Shown here: in pieces, positions 16,401 to 24,650 of the stretch
How positions within the stretch are numbered: the first letter of the stretch is position 1
Layout: every line of letters begins with the position of its first letter
From: Promethearchaeota archaeon
Lineage (GTDB): Archaea; Asgardarchaeota; Thorarchaeia; Thorarchaeales; Thorarchaeaceae
Assembly: GCA_048939905.1 (NCBI GenBank)
Contig: JBHLPB010000001.1
Location: 1-34,735, forward strand
Length of the DNA stretch: 34,735 bases
Reading direction: 5' to 3'
The notes under the pieces: model-generated
What the model was told of the DNA's origin: nothing
The model's input: the letters and a program-made list of their open reading frames with translations, nothing else
Database searches by the model: none
Made by a program: the position numbers and the translations under genes

Positions 16401-19400
16401 CTAACCAGTGGCGGCTGTGACGGAGAGGTATTCCGAGAAGTCATAGAGTTTGACGTTCTCTGGCATCACCATATCTTCCTCCAAGTATTCCGCAGCAGTC
16501 AACACACCGATTATTCGGGTTGACTTGCATGTTCTGCATGCCACCTCGCTATGAATATGGAGCAGGGTATTCAGCTGTTGTTGGTTTGGGAATATAACAT
16601 ACGAAACATCATTGTAGCACAGATCAAAGTATCCGTGACTCCGTTCGACTTCATTTCCTTGTCTACTAAGATCCTTCTCTAGAGCACCTATGACTGAATC
16701 CTTGAACTCTTTCAACATGGCAGAATTGACAATCCAAAGCCCTTCATGGAGTTTCACAAATCTAGGCTTCTCACCTACACGAAGAGCTATGAGGACCTCA
16801 TCGGCCAGCAATTCTGTCAGTGCGCGTTTCCCTTCTTCAACACCGAGTGGAGTTGAGTTCCCCTTGACGGACTGCATTGCAGTTGTTTCAATGAACTCCA
16901 ACAGGACGTCCCACTGTATCTTGCCATCTGACAAATCAACAAAATCTTGGATTAGCTGAAACCACAGACGCATCTGAATAGCACGATTCGTTGCTGATCC
17001 AATATCATGCATCGCTCCAATCAAACCTACCTGTTCAGCCTTGGGAATGTCATCGCCGAGTTTTGCCTGTTCAGATGATGCGGTCGATTCAGTACCTGAT
17101 AGCACCCGCGGAAACAGATTTTCAATCATTGTGTCCAGTGAGCTCGGAAAGGCCGATATGACTGTCACGGGATTGAAGTCCTCCGACCCACTCATTATCT
17201 CCCTCAGCTTCGCAGCTACCACACTTCCTCTCACAATCAGTATAAGCTCAGCTACATTGTTACCTAGGCTTGTCATATATTCGCGAGTCTTGTCAAGCAT
17301 TAATCCCATAGATGATGCTTTCACGTGTTCTGGCAATATCAGAATCGCTTTGTCTTCAATCAGAATCCCAGATCCATCATCTATGTCTTCCTCTCGACTG
17401 ATTCCGAAAAGCTCCAGTTTGTCCATGATATAGCCAGCAATTGCATCTCTTACTGCCCGCAGGCCCCGACCTGGTAATGTGAACACAAAACCTCCGGGAA
17501 CTAGGGAAAGGGCTTCTCTATCAACAGTTCCCAAGGACACCAGATCTCGAATAACCTCATGGATATCTTCTTCTTCCATTCTAGAATCAATCGACCCCAG
17601 AAGCCCTTGTATCTCAATTTGGGTGGCAGAGTCTCTTGATGCAAGAAACGCTACGACATGCGACCCTAGTTCTCCCAATCTGTCAAAGACTGAACTTGCA
17701 TCCCCCTCCGAATCTGCTTCTTCCGATACAACAACAGCCGTATCTTCATAATGTGGTCGTTCCGGCAAGTCAAGTGACTCTCTAGTCAGTGCCTTCTTGC
17801 GTGATTCTGGAGCAAAGGGCCAAGTAGCTAGTTCAAAGGTTTCAATGCCAGGCATGACGATAAGCGCTCTCCCACGCTTCATTGTTCTCAGATACTTCTC
17901 CTGACTATTGTCGAGGGACATGAATCTCGCACCCACGATGCTATCATATGGGAGACGAAATGTCACCTTTGTAGCAGTATTCGCAAGTATGTTGGAAGAA
18001 ACGTTGGGTCTTGTCGAAACAACTATGACTCCCTGCCCAGTTGCTCTCTGAAGCATAACCATTGACTCACCTGTAGTCACATCTGCGGCAGAATGTCTAG
18101 CATAGCTCTCTGGTACAAGATTGCTGGCTTCTTCGAGAACAACCACATGATGGAGACCATCTCTGATGCCTCTTTGAAGTGCGTAGTCGAAGATACGCTT
18201 TGCAATCAAGTTATACAACAGTCTAGCGGCCTCCATGCCGCCTGTTCTTGCAACATGCTGAAGATCAAGAATCACACGCTTGTTCATCAACTCGGAGATC
18301 TTCACTGCATTGGGCCCACCGCCAAGAATCGAACCAAGTGGCTCTCGTGAGAGTATCTCCAGACGATTCGTTACTGCATCACGAGTCATTCCACCAATTC
18401 GATCCTTGCCTGCTAAATCATAGATTGCATCAAGGAGGCTCTGAACCGAGTTTCCTTTCTCCTGCTCCTCTGCAACTCTAAGAACTGCGTTTCGCAAGAG
18501 CTTCTCCATTGCCGGGGATAGTTCTGAGGTGGTTCCTCTCTCAGTAAGCACTTCTCTTAGTATCGCAAATGTCGTATGTGCGTGCCTCTTGAGAGAGTCG
18601 ACCTCGGAATCCATGAAGTCCATCACAAACGATGAGTCGATCCCAGGCCGTAGTACAAGTATCTCTCCATCACATGCGTCCAAGAGGTCTACATAGTCAG
18701 ATCCCTTGATATCAAACACCCACCAAGGTGTCTTTGACTTCCTGCTCAATTCTGCCATAAGGTGTTTGACGAGAGTTGTCTTTCCAGTACCTGTTGCTCC
18801 AAGGACAGCTACATGTTCTCGCAGCCATTCCGTCCTGAGTCCGACAATGTTCAAACGACGCCCACCAAAGACAGCCTGGCCAATCTTCAACTCATTGTCT
18901 ACTAATTCCTTGGCAGGTACTGGGAAGTCGGGAATTTGAGAAGCAGCTATCACAGGCAACTGCTGAACGGGCGTATTCACAAAGGCGACCAACCTACTAA
19001 CATGAATTCTCTGTCGTGTCATGTGCCGACGCAGAAGCATTCGCAAGGCAGTCTTCTTTCTAATTGCCTTTTTCTTCAACCGAATGTTGTCACCGTCACC
19101 CCATATTGAGTGAACTAGTCCGGTAACCCGTTCCTGAATCTCTTGCATGCGTACTGAGGCATCAGACTTCATCAATATGTGGACAGTCGTGTCAAACCAG
19201 CCGGCACTGCTTTGAATCTCTTCATAATGACGTACGAGCTTCCTCTTCCTAGATTGATCAGCTAGTGAGTCCTCTTTCCGTTTCTCTTTCTCACGAATCG
19301 TGCTCCACTGTCTTTCCATTCTCCTCTGCTCTCTTCCTGGCTTTGCTTTCGAGAAAACACAGGAGAAGACCACGTCGCATCCCTGTTTCAATGCTGTAGA

Positions 19401-20174
19401 GATGAATGTACCCACTTGGGAACTCTCTGCCAAGGGCAGAACACGTGGTTCTCCTGTGAGTACCATCAAGCCGTTTCTATCCGTTTCAAAAGAAAGGCCA
19501 GAATCGCCGTCGAACTCGGCATCAATCAGTCTTAGTGACGCTTCTCTGAGGTCCTCACCTTTAAGCTGATGTAGTTCGATGTTATTCAAGGAGGCTAACA
19601 GAATTGCCTCCGTCCGGGTTGCTTCTCTCTTCAACAACTCAGCAATCTCATCTAGAGCCCTTCCCGATGCAGTAATGAAGATACGCAGATAGGGTTCACC
19701 ATTCAAGACGCCCACCTCGTACGTCATATTCACACGTCCATCCATCCCGGCACGCAGTGCAAGCAGGAAACCCGCATCGTATTCTGGACGTTCACTCTCT
19801 CCGATACGGACAGAGCCCGGAACAGATGTGATGTCAAGGCAACACACAGCAACCACGTGCTGATGTAGTCGCAGAACGAGTAAATCGTTGACAATTTCCA
19901 TTAGAGTCTGTTCTGAGAGCAATCTCTGTGTCAGCACGAAGCACCCCGTGGACAGAGGCACTCCACAAACAAAGATCTCCACTATAGACCTGAATGGAAT
20001 CGACACTGAATTCACGAAACCTGCCAGAGGGAGTACATACACAAGAAGGAGATAGAGTGCACAGCACACAGTCCCCAGAATCCAAGTCAATTCTATTCCA
20101 CGCCATAGCCTCGGATGGATTTCCCAATGTGCTTCTTCTCTCATGTCTTCCCTATGCAGATTCTCACTAGACAT
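16401..20174 (-). CDS. giant (1257 aa) membrane-anchored HerA/FtsK-superfamily (DUF87-like) P-loop ATPase with long uncharacterised N- and C-terminal regions
   Basis: ATG start. 2-3 TM helices at aa ~27-82, then ~350 aa of unknown fold with a K/R-rich stretch. HerA-type core: NIVGLRTEWLREHVAVLGATGTGKTT (Walker A, nt 18781-18800), HHVVVLEEAS (Walker B, ~nt 18123-18152), VIVVSTRPNVSSNILANTATKVTFRL (Arg-finger region). The ~470-aa C-terminal extension contains a wHTH-like segment (QIEIQGLL...VIRDLVSLGTVDRE). Confidence 0.8.
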   Translation of the reverse strand: MSSENLHREDMREEAHWEIHPRLWRGIELTWILGTVCCALYLLLVYVLPLAGFVNSVSIPFRSIVEIFVCGVPLSTGCFVLTQRLLSEQTLMEIVNDLLVLRLHQHVVAVCCLDITSVPGSVRIGESERPEYDAGFLLALRAGMDGRVNMTYEVGVLNGEPYLRIFITASGRALDEIAELLKREATRTEAILLASLNNIELHQLKGEDLREASLRLIDAEFDGDSGLSFETDRNGLMVLTGEPRVLPLAESSQVGTFISTALKQGCDVVFSCVFSKAKPGREQRRMERQWSTIREKEKRKEDSLADQSRKRKLVRHYEEIQSSAGWFDTTVHILMKSDASVRMQEIQERVTGLVHSIWGDGDNIRLKKKAIRKKTALRMLLRRHMTRQRIHVSRLVAFVNTPVQQLPVIAASQIPDFPVPAKELVDNELKIGQAVFGGRRLNIVGLRTEWLREHVAVLGATGTGKTTLVKHLMAELSRKSKTPWWVFDIKGSDYVDLLDACDGEILVLRPGIDSSFVMDFMDSEVDSLKRHAHTTFAILREVLTERGTTSELSPAMEKLLRNAVLRVAEEQEKGNSVQSLLDAIYDLAGKDRIGGMTRDAVTNRLEILSREPLGSILGGGPNAVKISELMNKRVILDLQHVARTGGMEAARLLYNLIAKRIFDYALQRGIRDGLHHVVVLEEASNLVPESYARHSAADVTTGESMVMLQRATGQGVIVVSTRPNVSSNILANTATKVTFRLPYDSIVGARFMSLDNSQEKYLRTMKRGRALIVMPGIETFELATWPFAPESRKKALTRESLDLPERPHYEDTAVVVSEEADSEGDASSVFDRLGELGSHVVAFLASRDSATQIEIQGLLGSIDSRMEEEDIHEVIRDLVSLGTVDREALSLVPGGFVFTLPGRGLRAVRDAIAGYIMDKLELFGISREEDIDDGSGILIEDKAILILPEHVKASSMGLMLDKTREYMTSLGNNVAELILIVRGSVVAAKLREIMSGSEDFNPVTVISAFPSSLDTMIENLFPRVLSGTESTASSEQAKLGDDIPKAEQVGLIGAMHDIGSATNRAIQMRLWFQLIQDFVDLSDGKIQWDVLLEFIETTAMQSVKGNSTPLGVEEGKRALTELLADEVLIALRVGEKPRFVKLHEGLWIVNSAMLKEFKDSVIGALEKDLSRQGNEVERSHGYFDLCYNDVSYVIFPNQQQLNTLLHIHSEVACRTCKSTRIIGVLTAAEYLEEDMVMPENVKLYDFSEYLSVTAATG

Positions 20175-20384
20175 TCATCATCACCACATACGAGGGCAAG
20201 GCATGGAGCATTTCCTCTCAATCATACGTCCAGCTACTCGTGTTCCTTGTTGACATATGAACTCCCCCCGTTATCCACCAATGCTCAAACTGACTAAATG
20301 TGGGCTTCTGCATCTGTAGGAGATTAAAAACCAATGAGTGGACTCATGAACAAACCAGAGACCCAATCTTACTGCCCCGTGAGT

Positions 20385-20404
20385 CCGTAATCTGGTAATT
20401 ACGG
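20385..20404 (+). promoter_or_regulatory. inverted repeat CCGTAAT-n6-ATTACGG 3 nt upstream of the surface-protein start codon
   Basis: Perfect 7-bp arms with a 6-nt spacer, ending 3 nt before ATG 20408. Could be an mRNA hairpin or an operator. Sequence observation only. Confidence 0.3.
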
Positions 20405-20407
20405 TCC

Positions 20408-22405
20408 ATGATGCCCAGCAAGATCATCGAGGTGTTACCCCTGAGGAGGCCTACTCTAGCTGTAATCCTTGTAATTGCGCTGTCAATTGTCTTCTCACTG
20501 ACAAATGCAGAGGATGCAATTGCAGAGGAGGATTCCATTGTACTAAGAGGGAGTCTAGTACCTATCGGTGCAAGACTTCTTCAGAATGGCTCTTACGGAG
20601 AGCCTGTAAGTGGGCAGCGTTTGGATTTCTACGATTGTCTGCTTAACTCGTTCATAGGCTCTTCATTGACAGACAACGATGGCCGCGTCTTGATATACTG
20701 GAATCTCACTTTCAATCACCCACTTGGTCCTACCCTTCTCAATGTGACTTTCCAAGGCAACGATACACTCTCTCTTGCTCCATCGTGTCAGTGGACAACC
20801 GTGACAGTTGTGTCAGCAACGCACATAGACTTAGAATACACCCAACAAATCTACCACCCTGGAGACCAAATCCCAATCTTGGTCGAACTTTTCGATGACC
20901 AACGCGAAGCTATCGCGAACGGATTGATAGCCATCTATCATGATGATGTTCTACTTGCTGCAGACCACACAAATGAAACTGGTCAAGTCATATTCAACAT
21001 AGGCTGTAACACATCTTGGTGCTCTCTAGGCAACAACGAAATCAAAGTGGTCTATGAACCAGCTACGTCGAAACATCACAACAGATCTGAGCATTTCATT
21101 ATGGTTGAAGTACAACAGATTCTAACATCAATCGGATTGCAGGATATGAATGGGACCCAGCTCCAGCTAGACGAGTTCCTATGGTTGAAGTTGAATGTGA
21201 GTGCTGAGGGTGAGGGCCTTCCTAATGCCAATCTGAGTGTTCTCATGGATGAGAACTTCCTTTCCAGTACCACAACTAGTCCATTCGGAGTGACTGAGCA
21301 ACTAGTGCACATTGATTACTTGTCGGGCTTAGGTCCGCATAGAGTAAGAATAGAGTATGGTGGCACAGAGCGTTATACGGCCGCTTATCTTGAAGTAGAC
21401 ATTGTAGTGAAAAGCCCAGCCATGGTTTCCATGATGTTGCCAGACTACACAATCCTTGGAGATGAATCTCAGATACAGCTGGAGGTTCACGATTCACTTG
21501 GTAGACCAATCCCAGGAGTCCACATCGCTATCCATGATGAATCCACGAATGAAACAATTAGCATTCCTGTACCGCTCGGATACACGAACACCGAATTCCA
21601 GTATGTCTTCACAGGCCCAACAGGTATCAGAAATCTAATGGCCACAGTATCAGGGAATCCTTATCTCACAAATACAACCCAACTACTTCCTGTGACTGTT
21701 TGGCTTAAGCCAATCATTTCGATTATCGAAACCAACATTCACGGCTATGCGTCCCCCGGACAAGGACTCTCATTTCGTGTCCAGCTGAACTCGAGCGCAA
21801 GTTGCCTTCCGAATCGACTTATCGAGGCCTGGATAAACGACACAGTTCTACCATCTAGAATCACTGATTCACACGGATTTGCGAACGTAACACTATTCGC
21901 CCCTGAAATCCAAGGTCGGTATGTTCTACTTCTGAAGATAAACGGCAGTTTGCCCTCCTATGAACTTTCATCAGTTCTTGAATATGCTCTCGTTGTGAGC
22001 AGAGTAATGCCTGTGCAGGTTGACCTGATACACTACATAGTCAGTCCGGAACTCAGAGAAGTCCGGGTCTATCTCATGATAAGATGTCTGAATGGCACAG
22101 TATTGGATGGAGTGACACTAAACTACGAATGGCTAGCCATCAGCGGATTCACAGTTGCCACGCAATCCGGTATAGCAGAACTCATTCTTCCCATGCCCCC
22201 AAGTGCGGGTGTCTATAGGTTATACCATTACACAGACGGCACGCAGTACCTTCATCCATCTTCGGGACACACTCTTATCGTGGTGTCTGAAGCAGAATTC
22301 CAAGCGGCACAAGGCATTGGAATACCAGGTCTGGTACTGACTCTCTGTGTTTCAGTCGGTCTTGTCGGCATTCCAGCACTATATCGGAAACACCTGATAA
22401 GCTAG
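20408..22405 (+). CDS. large secreted/anchored surface protein with Ig-like beta-repeat modules, heavily N-glycosylation-sequon-rich
   Basis: 665 aa. N-terminal signal/anchor (PTLAVILVIALSIVFSL). Repeated ~90-100-aa beta-rich modules. I count about 17 N-x-S/T sequons. C-terminus IPGLVLTLCVSVGLVGIPALYRKH is a PGF-CTERM-like tripartite anchor (P-G-L, helix, basic). Confidence 0.7.
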   Translation: MMPSKIIEVLPLRRPTLAVILVIALSIVFSLTNAEDAIAEEDSIVLRGSLVPIGARLLQNGSYGEPVSGQRLDFYDCLLNSFIGSSLTDNDGRVLIYWNLTFNHPLGPTLLNVTFQGNDTLSLAPSCQWTTVTVVSATHIDLEYTQQIYHPGDQIPILVELFDDQREAIANGLIAIYHDDVLLAADHTNETGQVIFNIGCNTSWCSLGNNEIKVVYEPATSKHHNRSEHFIMVEVQQILTSIGLQDMNGTQLQLDEFLWLKLNVSAEGEGLPNANLSVLMDENFLSSTTTSPFGVTEQLVHIDYLSGLGPHRVRIEYGGTERYTAAYLEVDIVVKSPAMVSMMLPDYTILGDESQIQLEVHDSLGRPIPGVHIAIHDESTNETISIPVPLGYTNTEFQYVFTGPTGIRNLMATVSGNPYLTNTTQLLPVTVWLKPIISIIETNIHGYASPGQGLSFRVQLNSSASCLPNRLIEAWINDTVLPSRITDSHGFANVTLFAPEIQGRYVLLLKINGSLPSYELSSVLEYALVVSRVMPVQVDLIHYIVSPELREVRVYLMIRCLNGTVLDGVTLNYEWLAISGFTVATQSGIAELILPMPPSAGVYRLYHYTDGTQYLHPSSGHTLIVVSEAEFQAAQGIGIPGLVLTLCVSVGLVGIPALYRKHLIS

Positions 22406-22416
22406 AGAAGTGAATC

Positions 22417-22527
22417 TGGTGCTCCGGCCGGGATTTGAACCCGGGTCGGGGGATCGAGAGTCCCCCATGCTGGGCCGGACTACACACGGCTACATCACGA
22501 TGATTCTCATGACATATCTACCGGAGC
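22417..22527 (-). tRNA. tRNA-Glu (anticodon CUC), CCA-encoded, with a ~30-35-nt insertion (non-canonical intron candidate) between acceptor stem and D-arm
   Basis: Minus strand reads GCTCCGG-[TAGATATGTCATGAGAATCATCGTGATGTAGCC]-GTGTGTAGTCCGGCCCAGCAT-G-GGGGA-CTCTCGA-TCCCC-CGAC-CCGGG-TTCAAAT-CCCGG-CCGGAGC-A-CCA. Apart from the insertion it matches the archaeal tRNA-Glu body. A second GCTCCGG at 22542-22548 is an alternative 5' end. Confidence 0.8.
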
Positions 22528-22631
22528 TAATGGGAACCAGTCCGGAGCGGGAGTGCTCCCTCAAGACTACAAATAAGGCTTTCCTAAGGACGGCCTTTCT
22601 CAGGCAGTAGACCGGTCATAATCGAATGGCA

Positions 22632-22832
22632 CTAGGGAAACAGATTGGTGAAACTACTCCAACTGTCCTCCAGTAGCTGTAGAAGACTTCCTATGATGTC
22701 TTGTGCCCAACCAGTAGCCTGAAGGATAACTGCGATGACTATAGACACAGTGACCACTGCAAGACCCAAGAGGAGACTCTCTTCCACCAAAGGGCCACCT
22801 GATTCGTCTGCGATGAGGTCTCTCTCGTTCAT
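22632..22832 (-). CDS. Flp/Fap-like type IV prepilin (class III signal peptide)
   Basis: 66 aa from ATG 22832 (the track ORF starts at TTG 22862). MNERDLIADESGG|PLVEESLLLGLAVVTVSIVIAVI parallels the Flp leader ...FLKDESG|ATAIEYGLI..., with Gly at the cleavage site, Glu at mature +5, then a hydrophobic helix. Lies 39 nt downstream of the secretion ATPase. Confidence 0.55.
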   Translation of the reverse strand: MNERDLIADESGGPLVEESLLLGLAVVTVSIVIAVILQATGWAQDIIGSLLQLLEDSWSSFTNLFP

Positions 22833-22901
22833 TGACAGTCGCTCCTGAACTGAAATCCCCAAAACCGTATTTTAAGTGCCCCAAAAAACTGGGACACAGA
22901 C

Positions 22902-24599
22902 CTACATTCCCAGGGACAGCATTGGGTGGCCTTCTCCCCATAAACGGTCACTCAAGGAGGGGCTGGGACCTGCATATGACGAGCTCCTCTCGTGTTCTAG
23001 ACACGTTAGAATTGCCTCATAAGCAGGAACATGACTTTCAAGTCCTATCCGATGTGCATGAAACATGAACGCACCATCCTGCGCCCATCTGACAGATTCA
23101 GGGTTTCGCCAATCGTATAGCGTATTGAGGCCAGAGAACACAAGGAACCCATCGACAACTTCTTTCCGGATCTCAACAATCTGGTTCACTCGCCGATATG
23201 ACTTGCCGGGTATCGGTCTTTCCATTGTGACAATCAAATCTATCAGAGCCACATTTGTCTTCTCTATCCCGTGTCCTGAAGTCCATCGAGCCACGAGGCT
23301 TGCTGCAGAATCACTGTGACATGTCTGCATTACCCTAAGTCCGGCTGCGATAGCTTGGAAGAGTGCTTCACTGTGTTCAGCTGTCTGTATCTCACCGAGA
23401 ACGAGATAGTCAGGGGATCGATGAAGGCTCTTGACTATCTCCGACGTCTTGTCAAACCTGTTGCTAATCTCATCTACGGGGTCGACCCGAATTCGGACTT
23501 GGTGGTGATTTGAGAAGACTCTACTCTCAATCGCATCTTCGATGTATATCTTCCTCCACATTGATGGCGTACTCATATCTAGGGCGTTTAGCAAGGTCGT
23601 CTTTCCTGTACCTGGACCTCCCGTTATGGTTATGTTAAATCTGGAACCGACAGCTAACGCCAAGGCCGCGGCAGCTTTCAACCCAAGCGTTCCATTTAGT
23701 ACAAGATTCATGATCGAGAATGGGGTTTCCTTCGCTCGCCGAATCTCCAGATGCACACCGTCGGGACTTAGTGGCGGCGTACTGATAGCTAGACGCAAAG
23801 CTACGTCGTAGAGTCGGAGATTGGTCTTGAGTGAAGGATTCCTTCTGTCCAGATGTAGGTTGCTTTCAGCTCTTACCAGGGTGGCCAGACGCGCGACGTC
23901 GTTCTTGTCTATGACAATATCAGAAGAACATCTCCCGAAACGCTGATGGTCAAAATAGACTGGAACTCCAGGTCGGTCCACATAGACCTCCTCCACTCCA
24001 TCATCCAACAGAATCGGAAGAAACCGTCCTAACACCGATGTCCGACCAGCTACGACGTTCGCTATTCTCTCTCGCGTAGTTTCGCTTATTTCTGGTAATG
24101 TCTGTACAATTCTAGCTGAAACACACTCAGATACATGCTGAAGTCTTTCTGACAGCTCCATTCTGACACTTGGCATGCCCTCTGTGAGTTTCTGTAGATC
24201 ATCACTGAGCCTGTCCAGCAGTCCAAATTCAAGGGGGCTTCTTACCAAAGGGTGAGTTCTATGGAGGATGCCACTCTCACCAATCCTGTCAAAGAAGAGA
24301 GAGAGATAGGGGCCAATGGTGTAGACATCCATGAGCTTGAGATGCGAATCAAGCAGCTGAGCGTAATCATAGATGAAGACTGTTTCCCAATCGTTTCCTT
24401 TCCATGGTGGCCCAACCGGAACCTGCTCTTCAAGACCCCCCACATGAACCAAGTTCTTTTCTGGCTCTAGCATCACGGCCTTGGACTGATTATCATTCGT
24501 AAGAGAGGCAAGTCTGGAGCATGTGGACAACGAGGAGTCTAGACACTCCTTGCACCTTTCTTCCGGGCATCTGAAAACAACCACGTCACATCTCGACAT
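22902..24599 (-). CDS. type II/IV secretion-system ATPase (PilB/FlaI/TadA/VirB11 family) with N-terminal Cys-rich extension
   Basis: 565 aa with ATG start. EVYVDRPG, GVHLEIRR, Walker A ITITGGPGTGKTTLLNAL, Walker B/Asp box KIYIEDAIE, RSPDYLVLGEIQT, His box GLRVMQTCHS. N-terminus has C-x7-C-x4-C-x2-C. Confidence 0.85.
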   Translation of the reverse strand: MSRCDVVVFRCPEERCKECLDSSLSTCSRLASLTNDNQSKAVMLEPEKNLVHVGGLEEQVPVGPPWKGNDWETVFIYDYAQLLDSHLKLMDVYTIGPYLSLFFDRIGESGILHRTHPLVRSPLEFGLLDRLSDDLQKLTEGMPSVRMELSERLQHVSECVSARIVQTLPEISETTRERIANVVAGRTSVLGRFLPILLDDGVEEVYVDRPGVPVYFDHQRFGRCSSDIVIDKNDVARLATLVRAESNLHLDRRNPSLKTNLRLYDVALRLAISTPPLSPDGVHLEIRRAKETPFSIMNLVLNGTLGLKAAAALALAVGSRFNITITGGPGTGKTTLLNALDMSTPSMWRKIYIEDAIESRVFSNHHQVRIRVDPVDEISNRFDKTSEIVKSLHRSPDYLVLGEIQTAEHSEALFQAIAAGLRVMQTCHSDSAASLVARWTSGHGIEKTNVALIDLIVTMERPIPGKSYRRVNQIVEIRKEVVDGFLVFSGLNTLYDWRNPESVRWAQDGAFMFHAHRIGLESHVPAYEAILTCLEHERSSSYAGPSPSLSDRLWGEGHPMLSLGM

Positions 24600-24650
24600 T
24601 TTCTCTCAGCTCAGACAGATGACACATAGTGGGTCAGTCAAGAACTATAC

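Noticed and set aside
16690-19569. Multiple 77-130-aa plus-strand ORFs antisense to the giant ATPase gene, with similar antisense ORFs inside iorA, glmS and the surface-protein genes
   Set aside because: They are Ser/Arg/Leu-rich low-complexity translations typical of antisense frames of real genes. None has motifs or sensible starts.
16401-22548. Integrated mobile element inserted at tRNA-Glu (giant ATPase plus surface protein next to a tRNA 3' end)
   Set aside because: I saw no integrase or recombinase gene. I found no second copy of the tRNA 3' half (such as GGGTTCAAATCCCGG) that could serve as the distal att site. There is no obvious compositional break. The only duplication is the 7-nt GCTCCGG, which is too short to argue for integration.
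22410-22610. 66-aa plus-strand ORF
   Set aside because: It lies exactly antisense to tRNA-Glu and its leader. The open frame is explained by the tRNA gene.
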